Shown here one piece after another: positions 8,619 to 19,198 of a stretch of 64,000 nucleotides of DNA. Every line of letters begins with the position of its first letter. Positions within the stretch are counted from its first letter, which is position 1. The notes beneath the pieces were generated by a model. It was not told where the DNA came from, made no database searches, and saw only the letters and a program-made list of their open reading frames with translations. Source of the DNA: an uncultured Solirubrobacteraceae bacterium (GTDB lineage Bacteria > Actinomycetota > Thermoleophilia > Solirubrobacterales > Solirubrobacteraceae); NCBI GenBank assembly GCA_963764125.1, contig CAVXRR010000001.1, positions 271,773 through 335,772 of the forward strand. The letters run 5' to 3'. Position numbers and translations under genes: made by a program.

Positions 8619-9917
8619 TCACCGGACGATGAAGCGGAACCGGCCGACGAGCACGGAGCCGTCGCGGATCGGGGTGTCCCAGGAGAGCGTGTCCTGGCCG
8701 TCGCCGCCGTCGGGTTGGTAGGTGATGACACCCGCGTAGGTGCCGTGGCACGGGGACTCCTGGTCCTGGAAGCGAACGAGTTGGCCGACGCGGATCGGGA
8801 TCATCGACGTGCCCGACACCCCGCCGCCGCCTCCGGCGCACCCCGGTCCGCTCCCGCGGCCCACGGAGAACTCATAGACCTGGTGGTGGTTGTCGGCGGC
8901 GACGCGAGCCTTGAAGGTGACGGTGATCAGCAGCGTGCGGGGGCCGGACTGACCAAGGCGGTAGCCCGGGGGGATTGCGTGCGGGCAGGGGATCAGGTCC
9001 TGGGTGAAGGCAGTGCGGCCCGGCAGATAGCAGATCCGGCGCGTCACGGCGAAACGCGCGTGAAGGGGCGTCCGGGCCTCGCCGGGCGTGACCACCGGCG
9101 GGACGTATCGCGGGTAGTGGACGTAGCCGGCGTTTGGGCACGACGCTTCCGGAGTCCCCGCGGCGCTCGGCGCAGGGAGCCCGCACACGTGGCCGTCGCG
9201 GTAGCGCACGGACGTGATCACGCCAGACTCAAGCTGCCCCGCCGTCGTCTCGCCGGAGCTCAAGAGGCAGCGGCGACCACCCAACGGGCCACCGACGGTG
9301 CACGTCCGTGCGGTGGCAGGCAGGACCACGATGTAGGCGCCGTCGGGGCCGGTGGGCACTGACCGCTGGCGCCCAGCGATCGTGTACGTGATGCTGATCG
9401 CGTCGGGGCCGAGCACGCCGTAGGCGATGTTGCGCAGATCGCGCGGCGGGCAGATCCCGATGTGCGGGAGCGGCCGGTGCCGAAGCAGCCGCGCGGGTGG
9501 CCGGCTGGCGATGCAGCCCGGGCCGCCGCCGCCGAACGCCGCGCTGGCCGCGACGTTCTGCTCGAACACGTCGACGAACAGGTGGCCGCTCGCGTCGGTG
9601 CGATCGCACGGGGAGTTCCGGGTCACCGGGATCGGGTGGAACCGCCCGTCATTGCGGTAGGAGCCGTCCTGCCCGAGTGCCCCGATCCGGCCGTCGCGCA
9701 ACCGGCCGATCTGCAGACATGCCGCCAGCCGCCGTCGCTGGATCAGCCGTAGCCCCCACGGCAGTCCACCCGAAGGATCGGGCGTCGTGGCCGCGAGCTG
9801 AACGGTGCCGACGGGCACGCTGCCACCTGGGTCCTTCGCGGCAAGCGACACCGACGCGACAGCCGCGACGACAGCGATAACCAGCGCGATGAGCTTCGCC
9901 AGCCGTCCCACGTGCAT
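8619..9917 (-). CDS. secreted Cys-rich hypothetical protein
   Basis: Signal peptide MHVGRLAKLIALVIAVVAAVASVSLA, a leaderless-type start (TACTCT-N6-ATG) and coding-like composition. Confidence 0.7.
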   Translation of the reverse strand: MHVGRLAKLIALVIAVVAAVASVSLAAKDPGGSVPVGTVQLAATTPDPSGGLPWGLRLIQRRRLAACLQIGRLRDGRIGALGQDGSYRNDGRFHPIPVTRNSPCDRTDASGHLFVDVFEQNVAASAAFGGGGPGCIASRPPARLLRHRPLPHIGICPPRDLRNIAYGVLGPDAISITYTIAGRQRSVPTGPDGAYIVVLPATARTCTVGGPLGGRRCLLSSGETTAGQLESGVITSVRYRDGHVCGLPAPSAAGTPEASCPNAGYVHYPRYVPPVVTPGEARTPLHARFAVTRRICYLPGRTAFTQDLIPCPHAIPPGYRLGQSGPRTLLITVTFKARVAADNHHQVYEFSVGRGSGPGCAGGGGGVSGTSMIPIRVGQLVRFQDQESPCHGTYAGVITYQPDGGDGQDTLSWDTPIRDGSVLVGRFRFIVR

Positions 9918-10034
9918 CCGAGCAGAGTAGGCGACGGAATACCTTGTTGCAGACAACCAGAGCATCTTCGCGTGACGACGGCGATGCCGGGGCGTATAGA
10001 TAGGGACTCTGTCCGTCGATCGAAGGGGTGTGTC

Positions 10035-10763
10035 GTGCATGTCCGAACTGCGGCCGTGGTAGGTCTGATCTCGTTGAGTTTCGCGCCTGCGGCGCTCGCG
10101 GACCCGTCGACGCCTGGGACGCTGACCGTGGATGGCCACGGGTCGGTGATGATCACCCCGGATGTGGCGTCGCTCTCACTGTCGGTGACGCGCTCTGCTG
10201 CGACGTCAGCACCGGCGCTGTCGGCCGCGAACCGCCGCGTCGACGCGATCGTCCACGCCGTTCGGGGCGTGGGGGTGCCCGCGTCCGGGATCCAGACCGA
10301 ATCGATCAACACGATCTGCAGCAGGATTCGCGTGGGGCCGAAGGGACATAAGCACCTGATCAGGCGCTGCACCGCCAGCGAGTCGTTGTCGATCACGTCG
10401 ACAGCGGCGATCGTCGGCCGTGTGATCGATGCGGCCACTCATGCCGGCGCGAACACGATCAACGGCCCCGACTTTTCGTTTGCGAACCCGTCCGCCGGCG
10501 AGATTGCAGCCGAGAAAGCGGCGATCACGGACGCCCGAAGCCAGGCGAACGCCGCCGCCGCGCAGCTCGGCGACACCGTCACCGGGGTGCAATCGATCAG
10601 CATCAACCCGCAGTCAGGTGTCGCCGCGCCCGTCGCAGCCCCGGCCCCGCCGAACGCCACAGGAGCACCTTCGACACCGACAACCGTCCACCCGGGCGTC
10701 CAGGAGGTCGACGCGACGGTCGCGGTTGTGTTCACGATCGCCCCCATCACCCCGGCACAGTGA
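10035..10763 (+). CDS. SIMPL (DUF541) domain secreted protein
   Basis: Signal peptide, then LTVDGHGSV...PDVA.L...IQT...GANTING...AI.DAR.QA...V.VVF. Confidence 0.88.
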   Translation: MHVRTAAVVGLISLSFAPAALADPSTPGTLTVDGHGSVMITPDVASLSLSVTRSAATSAPALSAANRRVDAIVHAVRGVGVPASGIQTESINTICSRIRVGPKGHKHLIRRCTASESLSITSTAAIVGRVIDAATHAGANTINGPDFSFANPSAGEIAAEKAAITDARSQANAAAAQLGDTVTGVQSISINPQSGVAAPVAAPAPPNATGAPSTPTTVHPGVQEVDATVAVVFTIAPITPAQ

Positions 10764-10884
10764 ATCCTTTCACGCAGAGGGAGCATCCCGTCCCCGGGCG
10801 TTGGCGAATACGAGGACGCTGTCGAGAAAGCAAGTCGAGACCTGCCTTCGCTTTCGCGCGGATATCTCGACGGACGCTGACGAT

Positions 10885-11661
10885 CTAGTCGCTAAAGCCA
10901 TCGGCAGATCTCGCCGGATGGTCTCGGATGAATGTCTCGATGAGCTCGCGCAATCCTGGCTCTAGGCCCGATCGGTCGCGGACGCTCTCAGCCAGTTGGC
11001 GCGCCGAAACCTCTGGATCGAGGCGCGGTTCCCAGAAAGCGGCGTCCACGCGAAGCACACTGGCCAGCAGATCTCCGGGGTAGCAATCGCCCTCCAGCAA
11101 CGGGTCCGATCGCAGTCTGTCGAGCGCGAGCCCGACGAGACGGTGTAAAGCCACCTTCTGCCCGATCATGATGCGTAGGTCTTCGACCGTGAAGTCTCTC
11201 AGCGGCTTGGTCCGCAACTCGTGACACCGCTTGATCAGAACGTCGGCGTCCGGCGGTGCAGGATCCCACGCTGGAGGATCGAGAATGTCGAGGATGCGCT
11301 TGCTCTCGTCAGCAGGTATCTGACGTTCCGCGGCGTGACGTCGAAGCTCTCTCTCTCGGGCACGGTCATTCGCATCCGGCTCCTCTGACCATCCCCACGA
11401 CACCTCCTGTTCGCTGTGGTGACGGCGCAGGTCACGGCCCGTGTCCTCGAGCACGTCGATCGTGGCCAGCGACAGCGCTCTGGCACCGCCCATGCCGATG
11501 CCAAGCTTCGCCGCGTCCTCAGACCAGGCGTAGTAGCCGCCCAGCGTCCCGATACGAGCTAACTCGTCATCTGACAATGACAGCGCACGCTCTGCCAAAT
11601 CATCCTCGTCATACGCGCGCAACATCCCAGCTAGTACGTCTCGCTGCACTCCAATGGCCAT
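10885..11661 (-). CDS. CdiI-type (contact-dependent inhibition) immunity domain protein with N-terminal extension
   Basis: The C-terminal LIKRCHELRTKPLRDFTVEDLRIMIGQ...LEGDCYPGDLL matches the CdiI_3-like pattern. Start context TAGCCT-N6-ATG. Confidence 0.78.
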   Translation of the reverse strand: MAIGVQRDVLAGMLRAYDEDDLAERALSLSDDELARIGTLGGYYAWSEDAAKLGIGMGGARALSLATIDVLEDTGRDLRRHHSEQEVSWGWSEEPDANDRARERELRRHAAERQIPADESKRILDILDPPAWDPAPPDADVLIKRCHELRTKPLRDFTVEDLRIMIGQKVALHRLVGLALDRLRSDPLLEGDCYPGDLLASVLRVDAAFWEPRLDPEVSARQLAESVRDRSGLEPGLRELIETFIRDHPARSADGFSD

Positions 11662-11888
11662 GTGCGAAGGCTAGCTGTTCGCTTCACAGACACCGAGCCG
11701 TACCCTCCCCTGTCGACCCGATCCCACCGACACCATCGCGATCGCGCGGGGGCCCGCCTTCCCACCACCCGGACGTACCCTCTCAAGCCAGCCGCTATCA
11801 GCCCCGCTTCGCGCGGCAGGCAGGACGCCCGACGCCGGCCGGTCGCAGCCTCCGTGTGGTCGGTTGCGCTCGTGGCGACGAAGCAGCG

Positions 11889-12058
11889 TCAGGCGGACAC
11901 CGTCACTTCGTAGGTGTCAGTGCTCAGTCCGGTGACTGCTGCAGCCGGTGCGGCCTGGCCCGCTGCTCGGTCAACGCTGGCCTGCAGGTCTTCCTTGGTC
12001 TCCCACAGTGATCGAAGCCCTCGGCTTCTGCCTGGGCGGTGACTACGTGGGCGAACAT
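11889..12058 (-). pseudogene. internally deleted ABM-like (dimeric alpha/beta barrel) small protein
   Basis: AAGGAG RBS plus MFAHVVTAQAEAEGFD, joined out of frame to SLWETKEDLQAS...TYEV; the middle of the fold is missing. Confidence 0.6.
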
Positions 12059-12160
12059 TCAACACTCCTTGGTGATACAGGCAAGGTCTGGCTGGATGCA
12101 CCCGCATCGGATTGCCGCTTCCTGGCCTGCAGGTACGCCGACGCCGGGCCTCGGGCCCTC

Positions 12161-13360
12161 TCAGCGCAGCGTTCGCGCGTTCGCGGAAGGTTGTTTCGCA
12201 TTTGGTGTGTGGTGACGGTTGGCGCGAACCCAGGCGCCGAAGCCCTCGATCGCGTCGATGACCTCGTCGAAGCGCAGCGAGTGAAACAGGTCGAAGGAGT
12301 GCTCCGCCCCGGGGAGTTGAAGGAAGACGACCGGGCCGGTCGAGCAGGTGCGCAACCGGCGCACAAAATGGTCGGCGTGTGCTGTCGGGATGAGCGTGTC
12401 GTTGTCGCCGTGCGCAATTAGAAACGGCGGCGCGTCGTGGCTGACGTAAGCCTCCGGCGACGATTGCAGCGGCCCCGCGACTTCGCGGTCGCCGTAATAG
12501 CCGTATAGGCAGACCGCGGCGGTCACGGCGGTGTCGGCCTCCTCAAAGCCTGGCTGAAACGCCGGATTGTTAGGCGTCAGCGCGGCCATCGAGGCCAAGT
12601 GGGCACCGGCCGAACTTCCTGCCACGATCAGCACGGAGGGGTCCGCGCCGTACTCGGCGGCGTGTGACCGTGCCCAGCAGACGACACGCTTGGCGTCGAT
12701 CAGCGAGTTGGGGAACCGCCCGGCCTGACCGAGCCGGTAGTTGGCGCTGATGCACACCCAGCCCCGACTCGCGAGCCTGTGCAGCAGCGGTCGCGCCTCG
12801 CGGCTCTTGCCGCCGATCTGAAAGTGACCACCGTGGAAGTGGACCAATACCGGACCGCCACCCGCGACCGAGCCGCGGCGGCGGTACACGTCAAGCCGGT
12901 TGCGCCTTCCCGCCTCGCCGTAGTTGATGTTCCTGATGCGCTGCACGTTCAGTGGGCGCAGCGGCAGGGGTGCGAGCAGGTTGCGCGCCAGGCGCCGCCA
13001 CCGTGACTGGCCGCTACGGCCGGTTGCCGAACGCCAGGCGCGGCCGAGCTCCTGGTCGAGCGACCGCTCGACCACGGGGCGGGCCAGCAGCCCGCGTCGG
13101 GCGACCTCGAGCAGGCCGAGCGCCGCCAGTGCTGCCAGCCCGAGTACCGCCAAGCCGCCCGTCGAGGCCAGATCGCCGTGCACCAGCGCGAGCACCGTAC
13201 CGGCAAGCAACACCCCGAGCGCGATAAACGGAAGCTCGTTGACCAGGTGGCTGACGACGAAGACCGCGACCGCGAGTGCCCGTGGTCGACGTGGCGGCCA
13301 CAGAACGAGCACCGTGTACAGCGCGATGATCGCGACCAATTGCAGGTATCCGCCCGGCAG
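12161..13360 (-). CDS. membrane-anchored alpha/beta hydrolase (LipQ/LipM-like esterase)
   Basis: N-terminal TM helices; HGG, GSSAG, HGDND and H-SFD motifs. Probable CTG start at 13360 behind GGAGGG. Confidence 0.88.
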   Translation of the reverse strand: MPGGYLQLVAIIALYTVLVLWPPRRPRALAVAVFVVSHLVNELPFIALGVLLAGTVLALVHGDLASTGGLAVLGLAALAALGLLEVARRGLLARPVVERSLDQELGRAWRSATGRSGQSRWRRLARNLLAPLPLRPLNVQRIRNINYGEAGRRNRLDVYRRRGSVAGGGPVLVHFHGGHFQIGGKSREARPLLHRLASRGWVCISANYRLGQAGRFPNSLIDAKRVVCWARSHAAEYGADPSVLIVAGSSAGAHLASMAALTPNNPAFQPGFEEADTAVTAAVCLYGYYGDREVAGPLQSSPEAYVSHDAPPFLIAHGDNDTLIPTAHADHFVRRLRTCSTGPVVFLQLPGAEHSFDLFHSLRFDEVIDAIEGFGAWVRANRHHTPNAKQPSANARTLR

Positions 13361-13563
13361 CGTTCAGCCCTCCGCAGATCTCACCGGCTGGGCACCCGCG
13401 CGACGCGCACGGCTCGCGCGTCCCGTGGTCGTGGCACGATCGAACAGGGTCGCCAGCTCACGCCCGTACGCCACCAGACCGAGGTCCGGCACGTCAGTCG
13501 GCCGGTAGGCAACGGGGCGATGGCTTCCCTGATCGTCAGCGCTATCACACCCACGTAGTTCAG

Positions 13564-14599
13564 TCAGTTCCGGGGATGCGTCCGAGGCAGCCCGAACCGC
13601 GGCATCACGCTCGCGTCGAAGCCGGTGATCGCGGTGATGCGGTCGCCGATGATCGTGACGACCAACAGTCGCGTAGGCTCGGAAGACACCCGTGTGGGGA
13701 TCGGCCAGGTACATGCCGAGCGCCGGCTGGCCGTTCGCGCCGGTCGGCACCACCCGGTAGGACCGGCCGGGCCGGAGGGTGGCGGCCTCGAAGAATTGAC
13801 GTGCCACGTCGATTCCCCGGTACTCCAGCATGGCGGGCGGCATGGAGACCCGGACGTCCTCGGCGAGTAGCCCTACCAGGGCCTCTACGTCGGCTCGTTC
13901 GAGAGCGTCGGTCAGCTGGGCTACGAGGTGGCGCTGGGTCGTGCTGTCGGGTTGGCGCGCCGGCCTGCTGTTCCCTGAGTCCGCCAGATAATTGTCGAGT
14001 GTGACCCGCGCTCGTTTGAGCGCGCTTTGAACCGATTCCTGGGTGGCATCGAGCATCATCGCGACCTCGCCCGCGCGATAGCCCAGAACGTCGCGCAGCA
14101 CAAGCACGGCGCGTTGGCGCGGCGGCAGCAGTTGCAAGGCGGTGATGAACGCGAGCGAGATCGCCTCGGTGGTCTCGTAGCGGGCCGCTGGACCGGGGGC
14201 CTGGTCGACCAGGTTGTCCAGCAGCACGTCCGGATATGGCTCCAGCCACGGCGGAATGTCGCCGGCGCCCGTCGGCTCGGGCAGCAGAGCCACGTCGAGG
14301 GGCGGGGTCGCGCTGCGTGGCCGTCGACTGTCTGCGCGGAGCATGCTCAAGCATCGGTTGGTGGCGATCTGATACAGCCAGGTCCGCAGCGAGGACCGGT
14401 GGCCGAAGCCGTCGAGGCTACGCCAGGCGGACACGAGGGTCTCCTGGAGCGCATCCTCGGCGTCCTGCGCTGACCCGAGGATGCGGTAGCAGTGCACCTG
14501 CAACTCGTGCGAGTGCACTTCGACCAGTTCGCGGAACGCGTCGTGGTCGCCGGCCCGAGCCCGAGCGATCAGATCCGTCGTGTCCATCTTCATCGGCAT
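13564..14599 (-). CDS. ECF sigma factor with C-terminal SnoaL-like domain (SigG-like); frameshift near 13670
   Basis: HCYRILGSAQDAEDALQET...WLEPYPD...SMPP...ANGQPA. The correct tail LLVVTIIGDRITAITGF...FGLP lies in another frame and ends at 13564. Confidence 0.88.
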
Positions 14600-14775
14600 G
14601 CATCCTCGCTTGTCTTCTTTCCGCAGGGGGCGTTCGGCTCACTCAACGATTGAGACGCCGCCGGGCCCGCGAATTGGGCGGTGTCGGCGCGCCCAATTCA
14701 CGGCCGTGCCGGCGTCTACCCGGTTAGCGGCGACCCCAGCCGGGGCCGCGCCCCCTACACAAAGGACCACAGATC

Positions 14776-15075
14776 ATGACCAATTACGTTCTCTCCTTCC
14801 GTGTCCCTTCCGACTACAGGCCCGACGCCGGGACACCGGCCGAGTGGCAGGCCTGGTTCGGCGGGCTGGGCTCGGCCCTGGCGGACGTCGGCAACGCCGT
14901 GACCGAGTACGCGTCGCTCGGCGAGGTCGGCGGCAGCGACTCGCGGCTGGTCGCTTACTCGGTGGTGTCCGCCGAGGACATGGACTCCGCGCTGGCGCTC
15001 GCAAAGGACTGCCCGGTGATGCGGGTCGGCGGCGGGGTCGAGGTCGGTCCCGTGATGGAGGTCGCCGGGTCATGA
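14776..15075 (+). CDS. YCII/DGPF-related small protein
   Basis: WQAWFGGLG...D.GN...YSVVSAEDMDSALALAKDCP...GG.VEV, with an AAGGA RBS. Confidence 0.82.
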   Translation: MTNYVLSFRVPSDYRPDAGTPAEWQAWFGGLGSALADVGNAVTEYASLGEVGGSDSRLVAYSVVSAEDMDSALALAKDCPVMRVGGGVEVGPVMEVAGS

Positions 15076-16564
15076 GCGGCGCCATGACCACATCGACGGC
15101 GCTGCCGGAGGGGTCGTTCCTGGCGACAGGGCGCGGCAAGCTCACGCTGGCGCTGCTGTGCGCGGTCACGTTCCTGGACGTCATGGACGGCGCGATCGTG
15201 AACGTCGCGCTGCCGACCATCCGCACGCATCTGGGGTTCTCGGTGCAGAACCTGCAGTGGGTGGTCAGCGGCTATCTGATCACCTATGGCGGGTTCCTGC
15301 TGCTGGGCGGTCGGGCCGGGGACCTGCTGGGGCGGCGGCGACTGCTGATCGCCGGGACCGCGCTGTTCGCGGCCTCCTCGCTGGCCTGCGGGTTGGCCGA
15401 CAACCAGGGCCTGCTGGTCGGCGCCCGGTTCGCCCAGGGCTTCGGGGCCGCGATGATGTCCCCGGCCGCGCTGTCCATCCTGACGACCACCTTCCAGGGC
15501 GCCGACCGGCACAAGGCGCTGGGTGTGTGGGCCGGGATCAGCGGGATGGCCTCGGCCGTCGGGTTGCTCTTCGGCGGGGTGCTCACACAGGAGTTCGGCT
15601 GGCGGTGGGTGTTCTTCGTGAGCCTCCCGATCTGTGCGCTGGTGCTGTTCGCGGCGTTCCGGATCCTGAAGGCCGACCACGGCGGTCCGTGCCGGGCGGT
15701 TTCGATGCGATCGGCGCGGTGCTGGTCACCGCCAGCATGCTGCTGCTGATCTTCACGTTGGTGAAGGCGCCGGACGAGGGCTGGGGTGCGGGCCGCACCA
15801 TCGGCGGGCTGGCCGCCTCGGCGGTGCTGATGGCCGCATTCGTGGTCAATGAGCAGCGGCGCGCCCACCCGCTGGTCCCGATGTCGATCTTCCGGATCAA
15901 GGGCCTGGCGGCGGCCGATGCCACCCAGGTGATCGCCTGGGCCGGGTTCTATTCGATGTTCTTCTTCGTCACTCTGTATATGCAGAACGTCCTGGGCTAC
16001 TCCCAGCTGCAGGCCGGGCTCTCATATGTGCCGGTGAGCGTCGGCATCGGGTTCGGCTCGACCGTGGCAACGAAGATCTTCGTCCGGACCGGGACCCGCC
16101 CGATCATCGTCTCCGGTGCGCTGCTCGCCGCCGGCGGCATCTTGTGGCTCTCCCGCATCCCCGTGGATGGCACCTATCTCGGCAATCTGCTCGCCCCGCT
16201 GGTGAGCATGGGGAGCGGGCTGGGGCTGCTGTATGCCGGTGTGCAAACCGCCGCGAACGCGGGCGTGCCGGAGGATCAGGCAGGATTGGCCGCGGCTCTG
16301 ATCACCGCCTCCTTCCAGCTCGGGTCAGCGCTCGGCCTGGCGGTGTTCAGCGGGATCGCGACCAGCCGCACCAGCCACCTGCTGGCGGCCCACACCCCGC
16401 GCCCGGAGGCGCTTACCGCTGGGTTCCAGCGGGCCCTGCTCGTCAGCGCCCTTTGCCTCGTGGCGGCCGGAGCCATCGCGCTGCGGGCCCCCAACACCCG
16501 CGGCGAACCCGCCGCCAGGCCAGAACCCCAAGCAGACCTCGAGCCCTCCTATCACCCCGCATAA
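15072..16564 (+). CDS. DHA2-family (14-TMS) MFS transporter; frameshift near 15680
   Basis: LDVMDGAIVNVALP, GGRAGDLLGRRR, WRWVFFV; continues in the 15158..16564 frame. ATGA overlap with the YCII gene. Confidence 0.88.
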
Positions 16565-16738
16565 CACCACACAACAAACTCGCCGGGTGTGCGGCGCTGA
16601 CGGGCGAGCCCAACAGCGCCGCACGCTCGAGCGCGGTGCGGCCTGGCTCAGTATCGGTCGGTCGCCGGCGGTGTTCTAGGTCGGCGTCGTCGCGAAACCC
16701 CGCTGTCACCAGCACGGCTGCGCCTACCTCGGAATCGA

Positions 16739-18052
16739 TCACGATCCGCCCGGCGTCGTTCGTCGATCAGTTGTCAGCTCGACGAGGTTCCCGAACGGGT
16801 CGTGCACGAACGCCTGCGCGCGGTCGGTCAGCACGTCGTAGCGATCAATGCGGTACTCGTCCGCTTCGAGCCGTTCCAGGATCTCGTCGAAGCGATCGAC
16901 CGACAGGCACGCGTGCCGGTCGCTTCGATCATTCCATGTCGACGATGGTTCAGGGATGAGGTGAAGTTCTCCGGTCCCGGCGGCGAACCAAACGAACGAG
17001 CGGTCAGCGAACGCTTCCGGGACGGGAAGCTCCGTCAGCCCGAGCAGCGCCCCGTAGAACCGCCGAACCTGGTCCTGCGCGCCTGGCACATACGGCACCG
17101 CGACATGGTGCAGTCCCGCCCCGGAGGACCCCAGCCGTTCACGCAGGCGCGCGCTGATCAGGTGGAGCGCCTCCCAGGCCACGTCCAGCTCCGCGGCGAA
17201 ACTTAGGAACGCATGGATCGTGTGGGGATACTCGACCAGCTCGGAGGTGATGCCCTGGTCGATCAGCCGTCGGTGGTAGAGCCGGCTGTCGTCGCGCGAT
17301 GGATCGAACCCCGCCGCGAGGATCAGCGCTGGGGGGACGCCGTCGAGGCGCGGCGCGGTCAGCGGCGCCGCGAGCGGCGACGCCGAGGCACGGCCGAGGT
17401 AGTGCTTCCAGCACCACGCCGTCTCCTCCGTCGTGAACAGGAAGTGGTGGTCGTTCTCGACGTAGGATGGTTTGTCAAGCGCCGCGTCCAGTACCGGGTA
17501 GGCAAGTACCTGAAACGCTGGACGGGGCCCGTCCTCGTCACGCAGCCGGAGTGTCGTTGACGCAGCAATCGTCGCGCCTGCGCTCTGCCCGCCGATTGCG
17601 AACCGCTCGGAGTCGACGCCGAGCGTCACGGCATGGGCAACGATCCACTCGACGACCGCCGTGACGTCGTCGAGCGCCGCCGGGAATGGATGCTCGGGCG
17701 CGAGCCGATAGTCGATAGCCACGACGGCGCACCGGCCGTCCGCCGCGAGGATGCGGCAGATGCCGTCGACGTCGTTGACCTCGCCTGCGACGAAGCCACC
17801 CGGATGTAGCCAGATCAGGACCGGCCTCGGCCCCGGAACGTGCGGAACGAACATGCGGATCGGGATCGGAGCCGGGCCAGGGACCATCAGGTCAGCGACG
17901 TCGAGGAGGTCCCTGGGTGCCAGCTCCTGCACCATGTGCGGTTCGAGCGGCGCTCGCATGTTCTCGAGGCTTGGGGTTGGGCTGGAATCCACGGACAAGC
18001 GCTCGACGAGAGCTCTCGTCTGCGAATCGAGTCCGTCCATGGGCGTTGTCAT
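16739..18052 (-). CDS. HSL-family alpha/beta hydrolase fused to C-terminal VOC/glyoxalase domain
   Basis: HPGG, YRLAPEHPFPAA, GQSAG, DP..DD and H-AF, then LHHVAV...FY..LLG...ELHL...H...DPFGNLVEL. Confidence 0.85.
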   Translation of the reverse strand: MTTPMDGLDSQTRALVERLSVDSSPTPSLENMRAPLEPHMVQELAPRDLLDVADLMVPGPAPIPIRMFVPHVPGPRPVLIWLHPGGFVAGEVNDVDGICRILAADGRCAVVAIDYRLAPEHPFPAALDDVTAVVEWIVAHAVTLGVDSERFAIGGQSAGATIAASTTLRLRDEDGPRPAFQVLAYPVLDAALDKPSYVENDHHFLFTTEETAWCWKHYLGRASASPLAAPLTAPRLDGVPPALILAAGFDPSRDDSRLYHRRLIDQGITSELVEYPHTIHAFLSFAAELDVAWEALHLISARLRERLGSSGAGLHHVAVPYVPGAQDQVRRFYGALLGLTELPVPEAFADRSFVWFAAGTGELHLIPEPSSTWNDRSDRHACLSVDRFDEILERLEADEYRIDRYDVLTDRAQAFVHDPFGNLVELTTDRRTTPGGS

Positions 18053-18122
18053 GCCCGACATTTTCGGCCGCCATGCCGATACGTCAAATGCATATTGGCC
18101 TAGGGGACGATACGCTCCAAGC

Positions 18123-19031
18123 ATGGACCCTCGTCGCGTCGTGCTGTTCGCCGAAGCGCTCGAGCATCGGTCGCTGACCCGGGCCGCCCGTGCCGTGCAC
18201 ATGAGCCAGCCATCGCTGTCGCGCCAGATCGCCAGCTTGGAGCGCGAAGCCGGCGTCCGTCTGGTCAACCGGACACCGGAAGGCATCAGCGCGACCCCCG
18301 CGGGCGAGATTCTCCTTCGCCGCGCCCGCGCGATCCGCGCGCATCTCGACCATGCACGGCAGGAGGTGGACGAGGTCCTCGGGCTCGGGGCCGGACGGTT
18401 GCGTCTCGCTGCGTTCCCGACCGCCGCAGCAACGCTCGCGCTCGAAGCGCTGCTGTCGCTGAGGACGGGCCACCCGGACGTGGCGGTCACGATCGAGGAG
18501 CACGATCGGTGGACGGCGCTGGATGCGATCCGGACCGGCCGGGTGGACATTGCATTGACGTTCACCGACCTCGACAGCTGGCCGGAGGACGACCTACTAG
18601 ACACTTCAGTGCTGATGAAGGAGCCGATGCTTGTCGCACTGCCGGCGGACCATCCGAACGCGGCCGCGGATCGGCTCAGCCTCCGGAGTCTCGCAGAGTC
18701 GCCGTGGATCACCGGGACCGGTGGCGGCGCGCCGGGGCTGATCGAGAAGGCGTGCCAGGCCGCAGGCTTCGAGCCACAGGTCGTGGCCCGACTCGACAAC
18801 CAGCCGGCGATCCAGGCTGCCGTCGCGACCGGCGTCGGTGTGACGCTCGTCCCGGCGCTCGCCGCCCGGCACGCACGCGCGGGTATCGCCTTCCGGCAGG
18901 TTTCACCGCGCGCGCTCACGCGGACGGTGCTCCTTCACGTGCTTGACGGCCCGTGTCAGCCTGCGACTACCGCTGGCCTGGAGGCGCTTCGCCGTGCTGC
19001 CGAAGCACACATGCGCAACGCATCCAGCTGA
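18123..19031 (+). CDS. LysR-family transcriptional regulator
   Basis: SLTRAARAVHMSQPSLSRQIASLE HTH plus a substrate-binding domain. Start context TACGCT-N6-ATG; divergent from the hydrolase. Confidence 0.93.
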   Translation: MDPRRVVLFAEALEHRSLTRAARAVHMSQPSLSRQIASLEREAGVRLVNRTPEGISATPAGEILLRRARAIRAHLDHARQEVDEVLGLGAGRLRLAAFPTAAATLALEALLSLRTGHPDVAVTIEEHDRWTALDAIRTGRVDIALTFTDLDSWPEDDLLDTSVLMKEPMLVALPADHPNAAADRLSLRSLAESPWITGTGGGAPGLIEKACQAAGFEPQVVARLDNQPAIQAAVATGVGVTLVPALAARHARAGIAFRQVSPRALTRTVLLHVLDGPCQPATTAGLEALRRAAEAHMRNASS

Positions 19032-19049
19032 TCGGTCGAGCGGGTCGAC

Positions 19050-19157
19050 GGCCTCCCTGAACAGATCGTTTGAGACACATCCGCCGATTGCGAGATAAAG
19101 CAGCTGGCCTCCGCTGAAGCCAAGCCCTCGCCCTCCGCCGTCAGCCGGGCGATCCAC
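19050..19157 (-). pseudogene. OsmC-family gene fragment
   Basis: DRPADGGGRGLGFSGGQLLYLAIGGCVSNDLFREA, with no recognisable N- or C-terminal parts. Confidence 0.6.
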
Positions 19158-19198
19158 CGGAACCTACCCGAGGACCCGAGGTAGCGCGGGATCGCTGG

